A stretch of 64,000 nucleotides of DNA from Bilabrum cf. latius. Its lineage: Eukaryota. Position numbers and translations under genes: made by a program. The stretch covers positions 496,001-560,000 of the forward strand of contig OZ237772.1 of assembly GCA_965178125.1 (NCBI GenBank), written 5' to 3'. This document shows positions 10,827-23,735 of the stretch, piece after piece (the first letter of the stretch is position 1; each line of letters opens with the position of its first letter). The notes beneath the pieces are model-generated. The model worked only from the letters and a program-made list of their open reading frames with translations, did no database searches and was not told the origin of the DNA.

Positions 10827-13357
10827 AAGACCGGAACCACAGCCCCGCGATTCGCTCGGTTGCCTGTGTCCCATCCACCAAAACCCCAACCGCAGCCTCG
10901 TCCTCCCTCTCGCCCTCGTCCTTCTCGCCACCGTCTTCGTTATCCTCGTCCTCATCGCTTCTCTCCAATTCTGACGTGCACGCCCCTGCCCATCTCAGCC
11001 TTGATAGACCACTCCCCTCTCCCAGACCGGCCTAGATCTAGGACAGCCACACCGTAACATCCTCACTCGTCACAGTGGACTGCCCCTCCCGACTGGCAGC
11101 AAACACCAGCTCCACCCCGATGACCGTGCAGGGCCCATCCACTACTGCACGCAGCCGCCCCATCGCCCCTGCATTCTCCTCCCCGCCCGCCTCCCGCAAG
11201 ATGCCCCACTGGCTCATGGACAGTGGCAGTGCCCTAGTCCTGCCCAGCCGACACATGGGTCTACCCTCGCTTGCATTGTCTGCCCCGCTCCTGTCCACTT
11301 CGTCCTCATCCTCACCCCCGTCCCTGTCCCATTCCCTATCCACTCCGCCGCCACCAGCATCCGCTTCTCCACCGGCATTGCTTGCTTGCTCGAGCACAAG
11401 CCTGCACCCGGCCCCAACTCGATTACAGATCTCCGTAGCTGTTCGCTCCGCGGCCCATGCCTCCTAGCCTCCATCGGCCTCCCCCTCCATCCCGGCTCTA
11501 GACTGCTGCAAGGGTGGCCCGGGGCCCAGCAGCACAAGGAGACGGTGAAACTCGCGACTGGCAGCAATGTCGGATTTAGCCGGGGATGGCAGGGTGTAGG
11601 GGACTGCAGGCAGACCCTCTGAGCCGATCCCCTTCCGTACCGTGTCTGCGTGAGGACCTGCTCCAAGTGCTCCCTGTCCCGCTCTGGCAGGACCACCTGA
11701 ACCTGCTCCTGCCCCTGCACCCGCGTTACCGCTCGCACACGCACCAGCACACGCCCCCGCACAAACGCCTGCATGCAAACCTGCAACTGCGTTTGCACCT
11801 GCCCCTACTCCTGCATTCCCGCTCGCATATGCACCAGCACACGCCCCCGCACACACATTTGTGCGCGCAACTGCGCCGGCATCAAGCCGGTCCCCTGCAG
11901 CCTTGGCAGCCGCATCATCATCATCACCTATTAGCTTCTCACTCGTCACACATCCCCACCCCCAGAAGAGAGCTAGATCACAAGGCACAGCAGGAGGGTG
12001 CTCCGAGTCCCCTGCTCCTCCTGCCTTCGCCGCTGTACCTGCTCTCGCAGTGTCACCAGCCGAAGCGGGGCTGCCGGCAGCACTGCCGGCAGCACCACCA
12101 CCTGCTTGCCGCACCTCTGCAGCTCGCGATGCTCCGCTCTCATGTGTACTATCTCTTTCCTCTTGTTCCCTGGCTTTCAGCTCCCTCTTCCTCCTCAGAG
12201 CCTCGTAGAAGCCTCCCTTCTTCTCTTGCCCACGCCCCTACCCATGCCCCTGTCCTTTACCTTGAGTCTTTCCGCGGCCGTCCTACAAATTCCTCCCTCC
12301 CCTCACTTTGTCTGGCACTTTCACACCTCTAATTTCACCCCTTTCCCCACCACCAGCCTCCTCTGTGCCCCCAACCGGCAAGGCCTACGGGCCCCCCGCC
12401 TGCACCTACCCGCATCTAACCCTCACATCTTTCGCCTCCATCACCTTCCAGTGCCACTTGCCGCGGCCCGGGCTTGCGTCTTCCCAGCCCAGGGACCGAC
12501 CGTGCCCCTTCACACCAGCATGCGATGCACTCGGCTCGCTGAAGTCGTGCACCTCGGACCAGCGGTTGTTGAAGGGGTGCAGCCCGGCAGCCTGAAGCAG
12601 CTCCCCGTGGCTCCTCTGTGGCACAGGGGGGTGATCGCCGGGTGCGCCAGGGTTATCACCTCGAACAGCAGTATCTGGCAATGCTCCATCATCCTGGCCG
12701 CCCGTGGTGCCCCCTGCATCTTCGGTCCGAGTCGCGGCGGGAGGAGGAGGACCCGGCAGCATGGCCCGAGGGAGGGCAGCGGCCCAGCACGCCACCCTGA
12801 CTCTCCGGGAGCCCTCCAGGATGGGGCGGCTAGCGGTGCACAGAAATAAATCGCAGTCGAAGATAGCCCTGGTGCGGAGTTGCTGCCCGCAGAAAAACAC
12901 GGAGCAGTTGCGGCAGGAGCGCAGGAAGAGAGAGGTGCGGCAGGCAGCCACCAGGATGGTGCAGTTTTCGCATCGGTCTACGGTGACTTGCTCGGTAGCT
13001 CCAAGGACAAGAATTGTGCTATTCGTGCACTCTGCCAATTTGAACGGAAGTCCGGACACCTGGCTGCGTATGGCTGGAATAATAGGAATTCACTGGGAGT
13101 ATAACAGGTGCACTTCGTAGCTTTATGACCCTTCATCCAGCATTGTCTCACAAATCAGATCGAACAACTAGCTCAGAATTTATGCCAGACACGCGATAGT
13201 CTGATGCAGGGTGCAGCTTCTCCATTGCAGCTTTGCGCTCCATCAGTTTCTGCATCCCTCCTTTCTCGATGGAAGCCATGGCAACAGAGCTATCTGCCCC
13301 ATCGATACTGGGTATTGTATGGACATGTTCTTCAACGTGCGAACTACCGCATCCCAT
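10780..13357 (-). CDS. RP2: RP2/XRP2-like TBCC-domain protein with long low-complexity insertions (2 exons: 13357-13152, 13063-10780)
   Basis: MGCGSS acylation motif. TBCC beta-helix FKLAECTNSTILVL...VTVDRCENCTI...SLFLRSCRNC...GQQLRTR...RPILEGS and AGLHPFNNRWSEVHDFS. Intron 13064-13151. ORFs 12406, 11464 and 11038 are in one frame joined by TAG. First TGA at 10780. Confidence 0.8.
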
Positions 13358-13496
13358 TGCGTGCTTCTGTCTTGGTCGTATTGCGAAAATAGACTAAGCG
13401 AACGTGCGTGTGCAATCGTGCGGTGCATGCAGAATTGCGAACAGTTGCAGTTGCACTGCCCACGGACTCACAAATATATTCAAGGAAAGGAAAAAC

Positions 13497-14378
13497 ATGA
13501 GAGTATCAAGGATCAGTCGATGCATGAGACAGGCCAAGCAGGCCAAGCCGCCTGTGGCAAGGGCCTGGCTGTCCAAACCAGCGGTGAGTTCAGTGCTGCG
13601 AAGAGGAGACCGGTGGAGCCAGTCCACCGGTGGCCGATCGATCCCATCTCACCCGTTGCAACGAGCCTGCGGCAGGAAAATGCTACCGAACCAATATGCT
13701 GCTGCTGTAATACAATGCTTTCCAAGCGCCCAGTTTGTTATTCCTTTGGGGCTACCTTGGTGCTTGCTGACTGGGCCCCCGGAACGGTGGTACGTGTGCA
13801 CTGGACGGTGGGCGTGGCCCTTTTTCGGGCGAAATGCGGGATCAATCACGCGCTTCTACCAAACCACTATACTTCACAGTTATTCATATTATGAGATGGG
13901 CATGTTTTGCACCAAATGGCTGGCAGTGGCTAGTCTAGTAGGCCCATCCATGCCCACTCCCCAACAACCGGCAACAACCACCTCCCCCACCACTGATTTT
14001 ACCACTGCTGCACCGCAGAAATGGGGCTTGCTCGCGACCACCGCCGGAGTGATCGGCTGGGCCTTGTTCAGCGGAAGTAGGGCCGCAGTCAAACAGCCCG
14101 AGGCGCAGTGGAACAAGGACAGGAGGCAGCAGATGGTGCCCCCAGAAACGGACAAGCAGGACGACTGGGTGAAGGAAAGACTCAAGCACTCGAGTGGGTA
14201 CAAGGAGGCCCATGCGAAGGGAGAGACAGACGGACAGTTCTCGCCGTTCATGGAGGTGGCGCAGGGGAAGGAAAAGGCCGAGGAGGCGGCTGCTTCCAAG
14301 TATGCCAACGTGAAGGACACGAGTCGAAAACAGGGCGAGGAGGAGCAGGAAGGGGACTTGCATGTGCAGCGGGAGTGA
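13497..14378 (+). CDS. Hypothetical protein, possibly mitochondrial with one TM segment (5' structure uncertain; may contain an intron)
   Basis: Stop-free frame; Arg-rich N-terminus MRVSRISRCMRQAKQ; hydrophobic WGLLATTAGVIGWALF; charged C-terminus; ends TGA. Confidence 0.5.
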   Translation: MRVSRISRCMRQAKQAKPPVARAWLSKPAVSSVLRRGDRWSQSTGGRSIPSHPLQRACGRKMLPNQYAAAVIQCFPSAQFVIPLGLPWCLLTGPPERWYVCTGRWAWPFFGRNAGSITRFYQTTILHSYSYYEMGMFCTKWLAVASLVGPSMPTPQQPATTTSPTTDFTTAAPQKWGLLATTAGVIGWALFSGSRAAVKQPEAQWNKDRRQQMVPPETDKQDDWVKERLKHSSGYKEAHAKGETDGQFSPFMEVAQGKEKAEEAAASKYANVKDTSRKQGEEEQEGDLHVQRE

Positions 14379-14624
14379 TGGGAACTCGAGGTGACGCAAT
14401 GCGTGAATTGTACTATATTTCGGATTGAGATTTGAACCTAGCAGCAGTGAGAAACTTGAGACATGACGCGGTGGCCAAAAGTGTACTCGTCACACTCATA
14501 TTCGCGCCGTGACTTGCGACCAACCGCTGCGACCGCAGAAACATGTGGCCACATTCTTGCACCTACCAGCGGCCAAGCTTAGCCAAGACACAGGTCGAGC
14601 GCCGTTTTGTTGTGTGTAGAGAAT

Positions 14625-17600
14625 ATGAAGATCAATGGTGCGGTTGCATTCGTCGCTGCAGCGGCTGCATCGCTAGCAGCTGGGCACCAGCATGGGTCCA
14701 CGGAGTTCGTTTCGCTGGGATCAATGAAAGCGATTGGCAGGGTAGGCTCCGGGGACTTTATGAACGGCACCGGCGGCGGAATGTACAGGGAACTTGTTTT
14801 GGACATGAACACCTACCCCATCAATGGCGAGGCGGAGTCGATCTATTTCAGCCACAAGGGTGCGATAGTGTCCGGGATGCGCCACCTCGACGATGGCCAG
14901 CGCAGCCTGTTCATACTGCCCCCGGTGGACTCTTCCAATGCGATTGTTCGTGCGCATTATGGTGGGTTTAGCATGCCGGTGGAAGGCGGCGCCTACGCTC
15001 TTCTGGACAACGATTTCGCCATCGTGGAGATGCTTCATCCGAGCTTCCTGGAGGCCCCGCCTTCTTTGTTCCTCTTTGCCGTGGATCGCCAGACATCCGG
15101 GGCAATCCTGCTTGGATCTCGTGCACGCTCTGTGTAGGGATCCGTCGCGGCGGTCGGCAACGAGACGTTTTGCTGGATGGCCCTGTTCAACGGGACCTCG
15201 GACACGGCGCTGACGTGCTGGCGCGCCCCTGCCCCCGGGGAGGACAGATTCCCCGCCCCGCTGGCCAACGGGACCGATGAGCAAGGCACAAACATGACAG
15301 AGCTGCCAGAGGACAGCTACGTGCACTACAGTGCGGTGCAGTTCGAGGACACCACCGGCGCGCACCGGCTGTCTCCCTTCGCGCCCACCTACGGAACCGG
15401 CTCTGTGCACGGCGACCACCGGATCTGCTTCGCGATGGACGGCCAGATCGAGCTGAATGACGGGGACGACGACGGTGCGGTGATGGACGTGGGCGTGGAG
15501 CTGTTCTGCCTGGAGCTGGGCCCTGGCCTCTTGCACGCCATGCCTCGGGTGATCGCCCCCACCAACACCACGGAGGGACGCATGCTCCCGGCCATCGACG
15601 AGGACTCACACCCGCAGCTCATCTGGGACGCAAGCCCTGGGTCCTCCAGCGGTTTCGCGGGGAACAACGAGCTGGCCCTGACCGGGGGGGACTCCATCTG
15701 CCAGACGGCCCAGCCGTGGAGCAATGGCCCGAAGCAGGAGTCTGCCGTGGTCGCCTGCCACCGGGTATTGAACCTGGGCATGGACCCCTCCAACGAAACC
15801 GCAATGGAAGACCCCATGGACGGCTTCATGGTGCACTCCCTCGTGGGGTGGGAAGGCTATCTGCCAGCGAGTGAGGGCTTCGGGAACGACTACTTCAGCG
15901 ACCAAGGGGGTCCGGCGGTGCTGGGGGTGGGCCGGCTGGCCTATGCCGCCTCTTCTGCAGAGGGGGGCGAGGGGCACAGGGACGTCTTCGTGATCGACCA
16001 GCGGCGCAATACGACGGTCCAGATCGAGGTGCCCGTGGGCGACGGCGGCAACTCGCAGGTGCATTTCCTGCAGGCTCTGGGCACGGGGGTGGTGTTCTTC
16101 AACGGCACCTCCACGAGGGGGCAAGAGGGGGCGGACCGTATGATGCACTGGTACGACAGCGACGAAGAGGACGGGTTCTTCCCGGGAGGCGCGTTCAGCA
16201 ACCGCACGGGCGAGATGGGGGCTTTCACGAGCAGCCCAACCCAGGTGGACATGCATGGTCACATGCTGCTCAAGGCCTGTGACGAGCTGCACCTCGCCCA
16301 GATCGGGGCCATGACGCCGCCGTACTACGGCAGCTGGAACGAAACAGGCGCAGGCCACTACCCCGAGATGCGGCCCGCCAACGGCACATGGTGCGGGGGT
16401 TGCGAGGCTGACCTGGGGGAGGGCTCCGGGCAGACCAGCCGCGTGCTTGCATGTGTGCAGGTGCAGCCCATGGCGATGCACGACATGCCCAATCACGTGA
16501 ACCACTCAGACTCCGAGTCCATGGATCTGCTGGAGGCGCGCGCCTTCATCGCAATGCAAGCCGTCAACGAGACTGACGAGAATGGGACAGACACGGGGAA
16601 CACCACCATGGTGCCCATCGAGGTGCAGGGACCCACGGGGGCAGCTCCTGGACTCCACGGGATGGAGCACTCGCTGACTGTGTACTTCCAGCGGCAGGTG
16701 AGCACAGGGGAGGGGGAGGGCATGCCCATGGTTCCGCAGGTGGTGCTGTGGGACGGCACCGCGCATTCGCTGCACGTGGTGGAGGGTACATTCCAGGGAC
16801 AGGCAGGCGGGATCGTGGCTCCGGGGGTGCGATTCGGGAACCCTCCCGGGCTGGCGGTGCACACGCTCGTGCTACCCAGCCGAACCCTGGTGTCCCCGGT
16901 TCGGGGTCAGGCGCTGGTGATGCGGGACGCCGGCACTGCCTCCCAGCAGGCGGAGCACTTCGTGCTGTCCGCTCAGACGATCGACTCTGGCACGCTGCTG
17001 ACGCCTGCCCTGGGACTGTGCTCGATGGCCAGCATCAGGGGGGGGGAGGGCCAGTCCTCTGTGCCCATGGAACTCATGATGGCAAGGAGCCCCGTGTGCC
17101 TGTACGGCGACTGGTCCAACTTGAGCCCGCCTGCAGGGGCGCCCTCCCTGTCCATCGACGGGGTGAGCTCAACGGATCTATTTGCGTCGGCCGCGCTGCT
17201 GTTCCCTGATACTGCGAGCTCGGAGCCATTCGATTTCACCGGGGACTTCGGGAGCGCCCAGATGATGCAGGTCGACAATTACGAGCAAGCAGGTGTGGGG
17301 ACACAGCTAGAGCTGCAGATGTCCTCTGGAGGCGGCGTCGAGGTGACAAGGCACCCGGGGCGGGGACTCTTTTACGATGCAGGTGACCCGGCATAGGCTC
17401 TGCCTGACCTGCCCGAGAACCCGCACAGGGCGCAGGCGGGTGCAGCTCGAGTTTCGGGGGAGACCAATGAGCACACGTGCGCCATCTACCGCGAGCCCGT
17501 GAATGGCACGTGGTGGCTGGACCACCGGCTGTACTGCGAGGCCGATGGCACAGGCACCACACTGATGCACCTGCCGTACACCGCAGGCGCGACTCTCCGG

Positions 17601-19970
17601 GGGCCTCTCGCCTTTGCCAGCTCCTCGAGCTTCGGCAAGGACCTCGGACTCATGTTCGCAGAGAGCCTTGCGGACCAGCAAGGCGCCAGCACGCTGTGGG
17701 TGTTCAACACGAGCAGGGGGCCGTCCAACGAGAGCACCGGGGGCATGCCGCCCAACCCCGTGCAGACCGAGGCCGGGATCATGCTGCATCCCTCGGGGAC
17801 CAGGGCGCAGAGCATGATGCCGTACGACCAGCCGGCCAACCACGTCAACACCACGGTCCCTTACGTGCAGCTGGGCCAGCATTTCATCGTGGAAGGGCGT
17901 GAGGGCGTGACTCTGGTGTGGATCAACAAGACCAACATCGCGATGGACGGGCCACCGGCCATGCACGCCAAAACGCAGCTGGTCCAGAACGTGATCTCGA
18001 TATCAGATCCGGGCCCAGCTGGACAGCTGTTGCCTGAAAACAGCTTTGCCTTGTTTCAGAATGGCAGCACCAGCTTCGAAGTGCTCGTCCGCGGCAGTGT
18101 GGGCAGCGGGAAAGAAGGACTTGTAAGCTTCCACCTGTATGGCTCGCCCGAAATGGCCACTGAGGCTCTCCCCGTTGAGCCAGGGATGGAGTATGAGGCC
18201 ATCCACAGCGTGCGGGCGCTCACGGGAATTGAACATTCCGCCGTATTCGTGGCTCACGAGTCCGTGGAGGGTCGCGTGGATGCGTACTTGCGGTATATCG
18301 GTCAGTCGTACGGGGAGTCCGTCCGTGCCCCGGGGCAGTGGGCCATGCAGACTGCCATCCACTCCTTGAGCACCCCGACAACCGGGCTGGCGTGCTTCGG
18401 GGTGTCGTACAACGGGGACATGATGCCTGCGTGCTGGAAGGGCCCTGGCACGAGCGTGCTGTACATGGAGCACTCGGCAGTGTCGGGCACCATGGGTCGG
18501 TTCCACTCCCTCCGCAACTTCCAGGACGATGCGGTGGCGGTGCGGGCGCATACGCAAGACAGCGGCATCGAGTGGGTCATCATCGAGCCCTCTTTTGCTC
18601 CGGTCAGGCCCAGCGCGCCGCCCTCGGCCTCCCCCACCCCTGCCACGACCGCGTCTGCGACCCCCAGCCCCACGCCGAGTGTCACCGCCAGCGTTTCGGT
18701 GACCCCGACGTCGAGCCTATCCCCTGGCGCGTCTCCCAGCGGCAGCACCACCCCGAGCGTCACTCCGTCGATCAGTGCCACACCCAGCGTGTCGGGCAGC
18801 ACCAGCGTCAGCCCTTCCACCAGCCCCACCCCGAGTGTGTCCAGCAGCGAAGGCTCCGTCCCTTCCAACAGCCCCACCCCGAGTGTGTCGAGCAGCGTCC
18901 CCCCCTCGCCCAGTAGACAGGGTCGCCCCTCCAACACGCCCTTCTCCACCTCCAGTCCCACGGCATCGACCACGCCCACGTCCGGACTGTCCCCGACCCC
19001 GAGCAACTCCCCGCCGCCTCCCAGCAGCAGCCCTACGCCGTCCACCACGCCGGCACCACTGGGAAACCCTTCGCCTCCTGCCCTGGAGCCCTCGGGACAG
19101 CCGCTGCCCGCCAGACCCGCCCGGGTGTGCATCCAGGCCACCAACAACGCGGCCGCATTGGCCTCCCTGATGGTGGCGGAGGTGCGGCTGAGGATGCTGG
19201 GCATCGACGCGGACACTTTCGGGTGCACCGGCGTGCTCTCCGTGGTGGACTTCCTGGAGCGATCGCCGGAGGTGGACACTGACTCGCTGACTGCATGGGT
19301 CACTGCGGTGCGGACCAGACGCGCGCTGGGCGTGCTGGGCGCAGGCTCGCCGCGCCAGTTGCAGATCCAGAGCGCGGACGTGGTGTTGCGGCAGCTTGTC
19401 AACACCACGCAGCAGGCCGCTCGCCTGCAGGCGGTGCTGGACCGTGCCGTGAGCTCGGATGCCTTCGTGTCAGAGGTGAGGACTGACCTGGGGGCATCGG
19501 GCGCGCTGCTGGCAGGCATCGCGGGGCGCCCGCAGGACGGGAGGGTGGGTGCCAACCCCGAGTACGTGGAGCCCGGCCTAGGGGGAGACGGGGACGACGG
19601 CGGCGGGGGTCTCAGCGGTGGTGCAGTGGCCGGGATCGTGATCTTCGTGATCCTTCTGGTGATCGTGGGCGGGGTTGCCCTCCATCTGTACTGCAACGGC
19701 AAGTGCGGCGGAAATGCCAAGAAGAAGGCAACAACCATGCAGATGTCGTACGTGGGCCAGGGGCAGAGCAGCTCAGCCATGCAGGCCACGTACGCTGGCA
19801 TGACGTCAGTGAACAACCCCGTGGGAGGAGGCGGCGGGTACGTCGGTCTCCAGCGAGATGTCCAGCCCGGCTTCCAGGCAGTGCAGATGACGCCCATGCA
19901 GGCGGCGGTGCCATCGGCGGCGGCGCAGCAGATGAGCCACCTGTACGGCAACAGTGGCAGCAGGGTGTGA
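14625..19970 (+). CDS. ~1781-aa type I membrane surface glycoprotein with Ser/Thr/Pro mucin-like stalk
   Basis: Signal peptide MKINGAVAFVAAAAASLAAG. Three ORFs in one frame joined by TAG (15135, 17394). Many N-x-S/T sequons. S/T/P tract ~18610-19090. TM GAVAGIVIFVILLVIVGGVALHLY. Ends TGA. Confidence 0.85.
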
Positions 19971-20478
19971 GTGTGGGTGCGGTGCTGCTCGTCTTGCGTG
20001 TGCGCGCGCCACGCATGCCCTCTCCTACGTGTCCCCGTTGTCTCTGTATCGAGAGTCGTGTGCCGTGGCGCGCGTTCGTCCATTCCAGTGCCAGTAGCCT
20101 AGTACACCTGTAGATTGCGAGGCTGCACCGAGCAGAGCTTGCTTCTGCTTTGTACGGCAGACGGATGGACTTGATGTGTTTGATCCAAATGGATGTCAAT
20201 TGGTTGATGCTTTCGAAAGATTTGGATCGCTAGTTGGGCTTCTGCTATTTTCTAGATACCACGACCTCTGCCTTTATCCGATCCGACCAATTCATGGATT
20301 CCTATGGGACCAGACCAACCCTCACTGGGGCGCAGACAGTCGTCATCCGGATTCTGTGCTCTACCATCTACCCGGTCAATTGTCAGTAGTACACGATGCT
20401 CACTTCATGAGAAAGCAATCTGCCCCTAGCACCACAGCCTCGGGTTGCCCGCAGCGCCTGCAAACCAAAGAGCTGGAG

Positions 20479-21498
20479 TCAGTTCCCATGCTTCCTCGCA
20501 GCAGCAGCTCTCTTCCGCATCATGTAATACACAGACCCGATGGCAGTGCCCACAAGGTGCGCCCCGCCGTCCAGCCGCAGCCTCGTCGCCACGGCGGGCA
20601 CCATGAGGACCGCGTTCATGGCCAGCAGCCCCCAGTACAGCTGCTGCCCCGTTGCTGGGATCACGAAGAAAAACCGCCACTGGCTCTGGGGCTCGCTTAG
20701 CATTAGGTAGGACGCCACCGCAAAGACCGCCCCCGATGCACCCAGCCCAGGGACCACCTGTCCGGAGATTGCCCTGTTGATGGGCGCAGAAGCCAGCGAG
20801 GCAGCCAGGCCAGACACCGTGTAGAGCGAGAAGAACTCGGCCGGACTCATCTGGTACCACCTACGAGCGTTCCTCGGCAGGGCAAAGGGCCATGCACCTG
20901 GTAGACTGCGAATGCCCGCCCGATTCGGCTTGGGTGTGGGCGTGAATGGGAGCAGTGCCGCCGCGTCCTGCAGCGGCGAGCCAACCACGAGCCACCCGAT
21001 GACCGAGTTGAGAGCCATCATGTTGAACGCAATGTGCGCCACACTCTGATGGGAGTACGTGCAGCCCAGGGCAGATGCCACCGATGTTAACGTGCCGTGA
21101 TTCTGGTGCACTGTCGAGTGCATGAAGTACTGGTACAGCGAGCGGTGCAGGGCGTCCGATGTCCTGGGCGGTAAAGAAATTACTTGTGCCAGTAGCCCGT
21201 CACCAACAAACTACCATAGTCCAAACACGGCGAGATTGGCTCCGTAAAGCCAGCCATTCATCAGCGTCGCGTCGGTAAGGCTTGATCTGCTCGGACCGCC
21301 GGTTCCGCTCTGCATCATCGACGTTGCACGCACTCCAGAGCGGCTCCGCTTGGCGCGGCCTTCTTTCTACCATGAAAACCTATCCTGTGACCGTAGAACT
21401 GCAGTGCCAGCGAGTTTAGTGCGCATACCAGGCACTGCTCCAAGAAGCAATGCTTGCAGCCGACGTGAATAGAACGACGACTGCTCTCGCACCACCAT
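20479..21498 (-). CDS. Rhomboid intramembrane serine protease, PARL-like (start uncertain; frame open to ATG 21591)
   Basis: GANLAVFGLW*, SHQSVAHIAFNMMAL, catalytic GASGAVF and GAHLVG. TAG at 21211 and 21367 in frame. Ends TGA. Confidence 0.85.
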
Positions 21499-21751
21499 AC
21501 TAATGGCACGATACTCTCCTCCGCCATGGGTCGGCCAATCTCGAACAGGACTAAGACCCAGCAACCCCGCAACGCCCTGGCTGGCGCTCATGGGTTCAAG
21601 AGTGTTGCCCTCTTGCCAGTGGTTTGGTTGTTACCAGTTCCGGGTTTGCAGAATGTGTCCACGTGGACGAGAGTACAGAGACGCTGCTTACTTGCTTGCA
21701 AAAGATGTTTGACCCACTCCAGTACTTCTGATCGACACGGGCGATCTCACC

Positions 21752-23572
21752 TCATTTCTGATCTCCACCTCCAGCCTCACCGTCCTTGTCCTTGCCCGCA
21801 TCGCCTCCGCCCTCGCCCCCCGCAGAGCCTCCATCCCCTTCCCCCTCACCCTGCCGCAGCGCCCGCAACGCCTCTTGCAGGGCCGGATCATCCGCATCTC
21901 CTCCCTGCAGCAGCTCGGCCAGGAAATCGTCCTGCTGCAGCTGGGCCGCGAGAGCCCCGGCCTCATCGCTCTGGATGTCCCCCGCGCTGCCACTGGCTGT
22001 CCCCGCACTGGGGTCAGAGGACTGCCCCGAGGATGCAGCGGCGCCGGACGCATCACCACTGGCAGGGGCAGCAGCCCGCCTGGGAGCAGCGGGCGCGCTG
22101 GCACCCTGTCCGCCGCTGCTGCTCGAGGCAGGCGTGCTTGGCCCAGGCCCAGGCCCTGCCCCTCCACTGGGCACAGCCTGCACCCCGTCCTCTCCGTCCT
22201 CGTCCTCCTCATCCCCGTCCCCTGCCCCGCCCCCTTCCTGCATGGAGGCCTGGATGGCTGCCTGGATCATCGCCTCCTCGTCACTCAGCCCCCCCATGTC
22301 CATGCCCCCCGTGCCGCCACCCATCTCGCCGTCACCAGCTCCTGCACCAGCGCCTGCATCCCCGCCCCCTGCCCCACCCCACTCCTACGCACTGGCCCGC
22401 AAGGCAGCCTCCAGCTCCGCATCCGCCGCTTGCTGGGTGGCAGCCAGCGAGGCTTGCATCGCAGCCGCCATCTCGTCCCCGGGCCCTCCGCCAGCGGCGC
22501 CCGGCCCCCCACCTGCCGCGCCTGCCATGGCACCAGCCCCGCCAGCGTCTCCGCCCGCGGCAGCACCCCCGCCTATGGCTCCGAATCCGAGGTGGGAGTT
22601 CTGCAGCAGCCCGGAGATGGAGAAGTCGTCCGATGACGGGGGACACAGCAGCAGGTGCGAGTTCCCGTCCTTGTCTGCTGCCTGCACGAATGCCTGGGCA
22701 AGGGACTCGTTCTGCTCATGCTCGCCCACCAGCAGCACGTCCAGCGCCACTGAGTTCTTCCTGAGCTGCTTGCCCAGCGCCACCAGCTCTGCCTCGGAGT
22801 CGGTGATGGGCGAGGCTACGAACAGCACCACCCTAGCCTAAGAGGCGGGCACTGGGCGGCCCTTGAGCGATAGCTGCGAGGTGACTTAAAGAGGTTATAG
22901 TATGGTAGGAAGGTGGCGAATGAGCCATACAGAGTGCTCTGAAAGAGGTGCAGTGCGACGCGCGTCTCACCGCGGCAATTCGGACAGCCTGCAGTGGCCT
23001 AGCGGTGCCAGCCGGTTTGAGGTGGGCAGCATCCATTGCATCCTTAACTTCGGTATCAAGGGCACTACCAGTGTGCAAGATTTCCACGCCTGCCCCGGCG
23101 CTCGTCGCCAGGCCAACGCGCTGGTCGGGAGACTGCAGCCGGAACGTCAGAATGGTATCCAGTCCCATCTGTTGGCTTTCTAGCCGCGACGGGTAGTAGT
23201 CGCCATTCCTAGAATATTCGCTATTGTCCAAGCTGCACGAGATGGAGGCAAGCAAGGGGAAAACGGTACTTGTACTCGCGCCCGTTCCATTTGGTCCACG
23301 CCACAGAACGGCAAGTGTTCATTAGGCATGGATTCCAGCCACCAATGGGATAAACACTTTGGCATTATCATGTGGTAGGTCAAGGCTTCCCACAATAATG
23401 CGGTAACCAAACGCAATACATCAAGAACGCAAGATGAGCATTCACTTGGAGAGACTGACCAATATGCCGGAATCCAAAGCGACACCCCAGGCTTCTAACT
23501 GTGTGATGCCACCACGCGGCAACTGACACCAACTATTGAACTATCTCACATCACTACGATTGCTTCGGGCAT
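21752..23572 (-). CDS. RPN10: 26S proteasome subunit Rpn10/PSMD4 (3 exons: 23572-23550, 23232-22971, 22873-21752)
   Basis: MPEAIVVILDNSEYSRNGDYYPSRL VWA N-terminus; RVVLFVASPI; LGKQLRKNSVALDV; UIM-like DAELEAALRASA*E and DEEAMIQAAIQASMQE. Introns 23233-23549 and 22874-22970. TAG at 22838 and 22385. Ends TGA. Confidence 0.9.
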
Positions 23573-23735
23573 TTTCTTTTGAACGCACGGGACTGCTTGT
23601 GGCCGCTCACTAATATACCACATTCAGAATGCTAAGTGCACTGCTCAATCAGCAGTTGCAGTGGTGCGCGTCATCTGGTTTGTACGCCCAAATTGAGCTA
23701 AAGTGTCTTGTTAACACGCGTGTTCTGTTGTTATC

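Noticed and set aside
13609-13631. 9-bp inverted repeat ACCGGTGGA-GCCAG-TCCACCGGT
   Set aside because: Short hairpins are expected by chance in GC-rich DNA; no tRNA or ncRNA context recognised.
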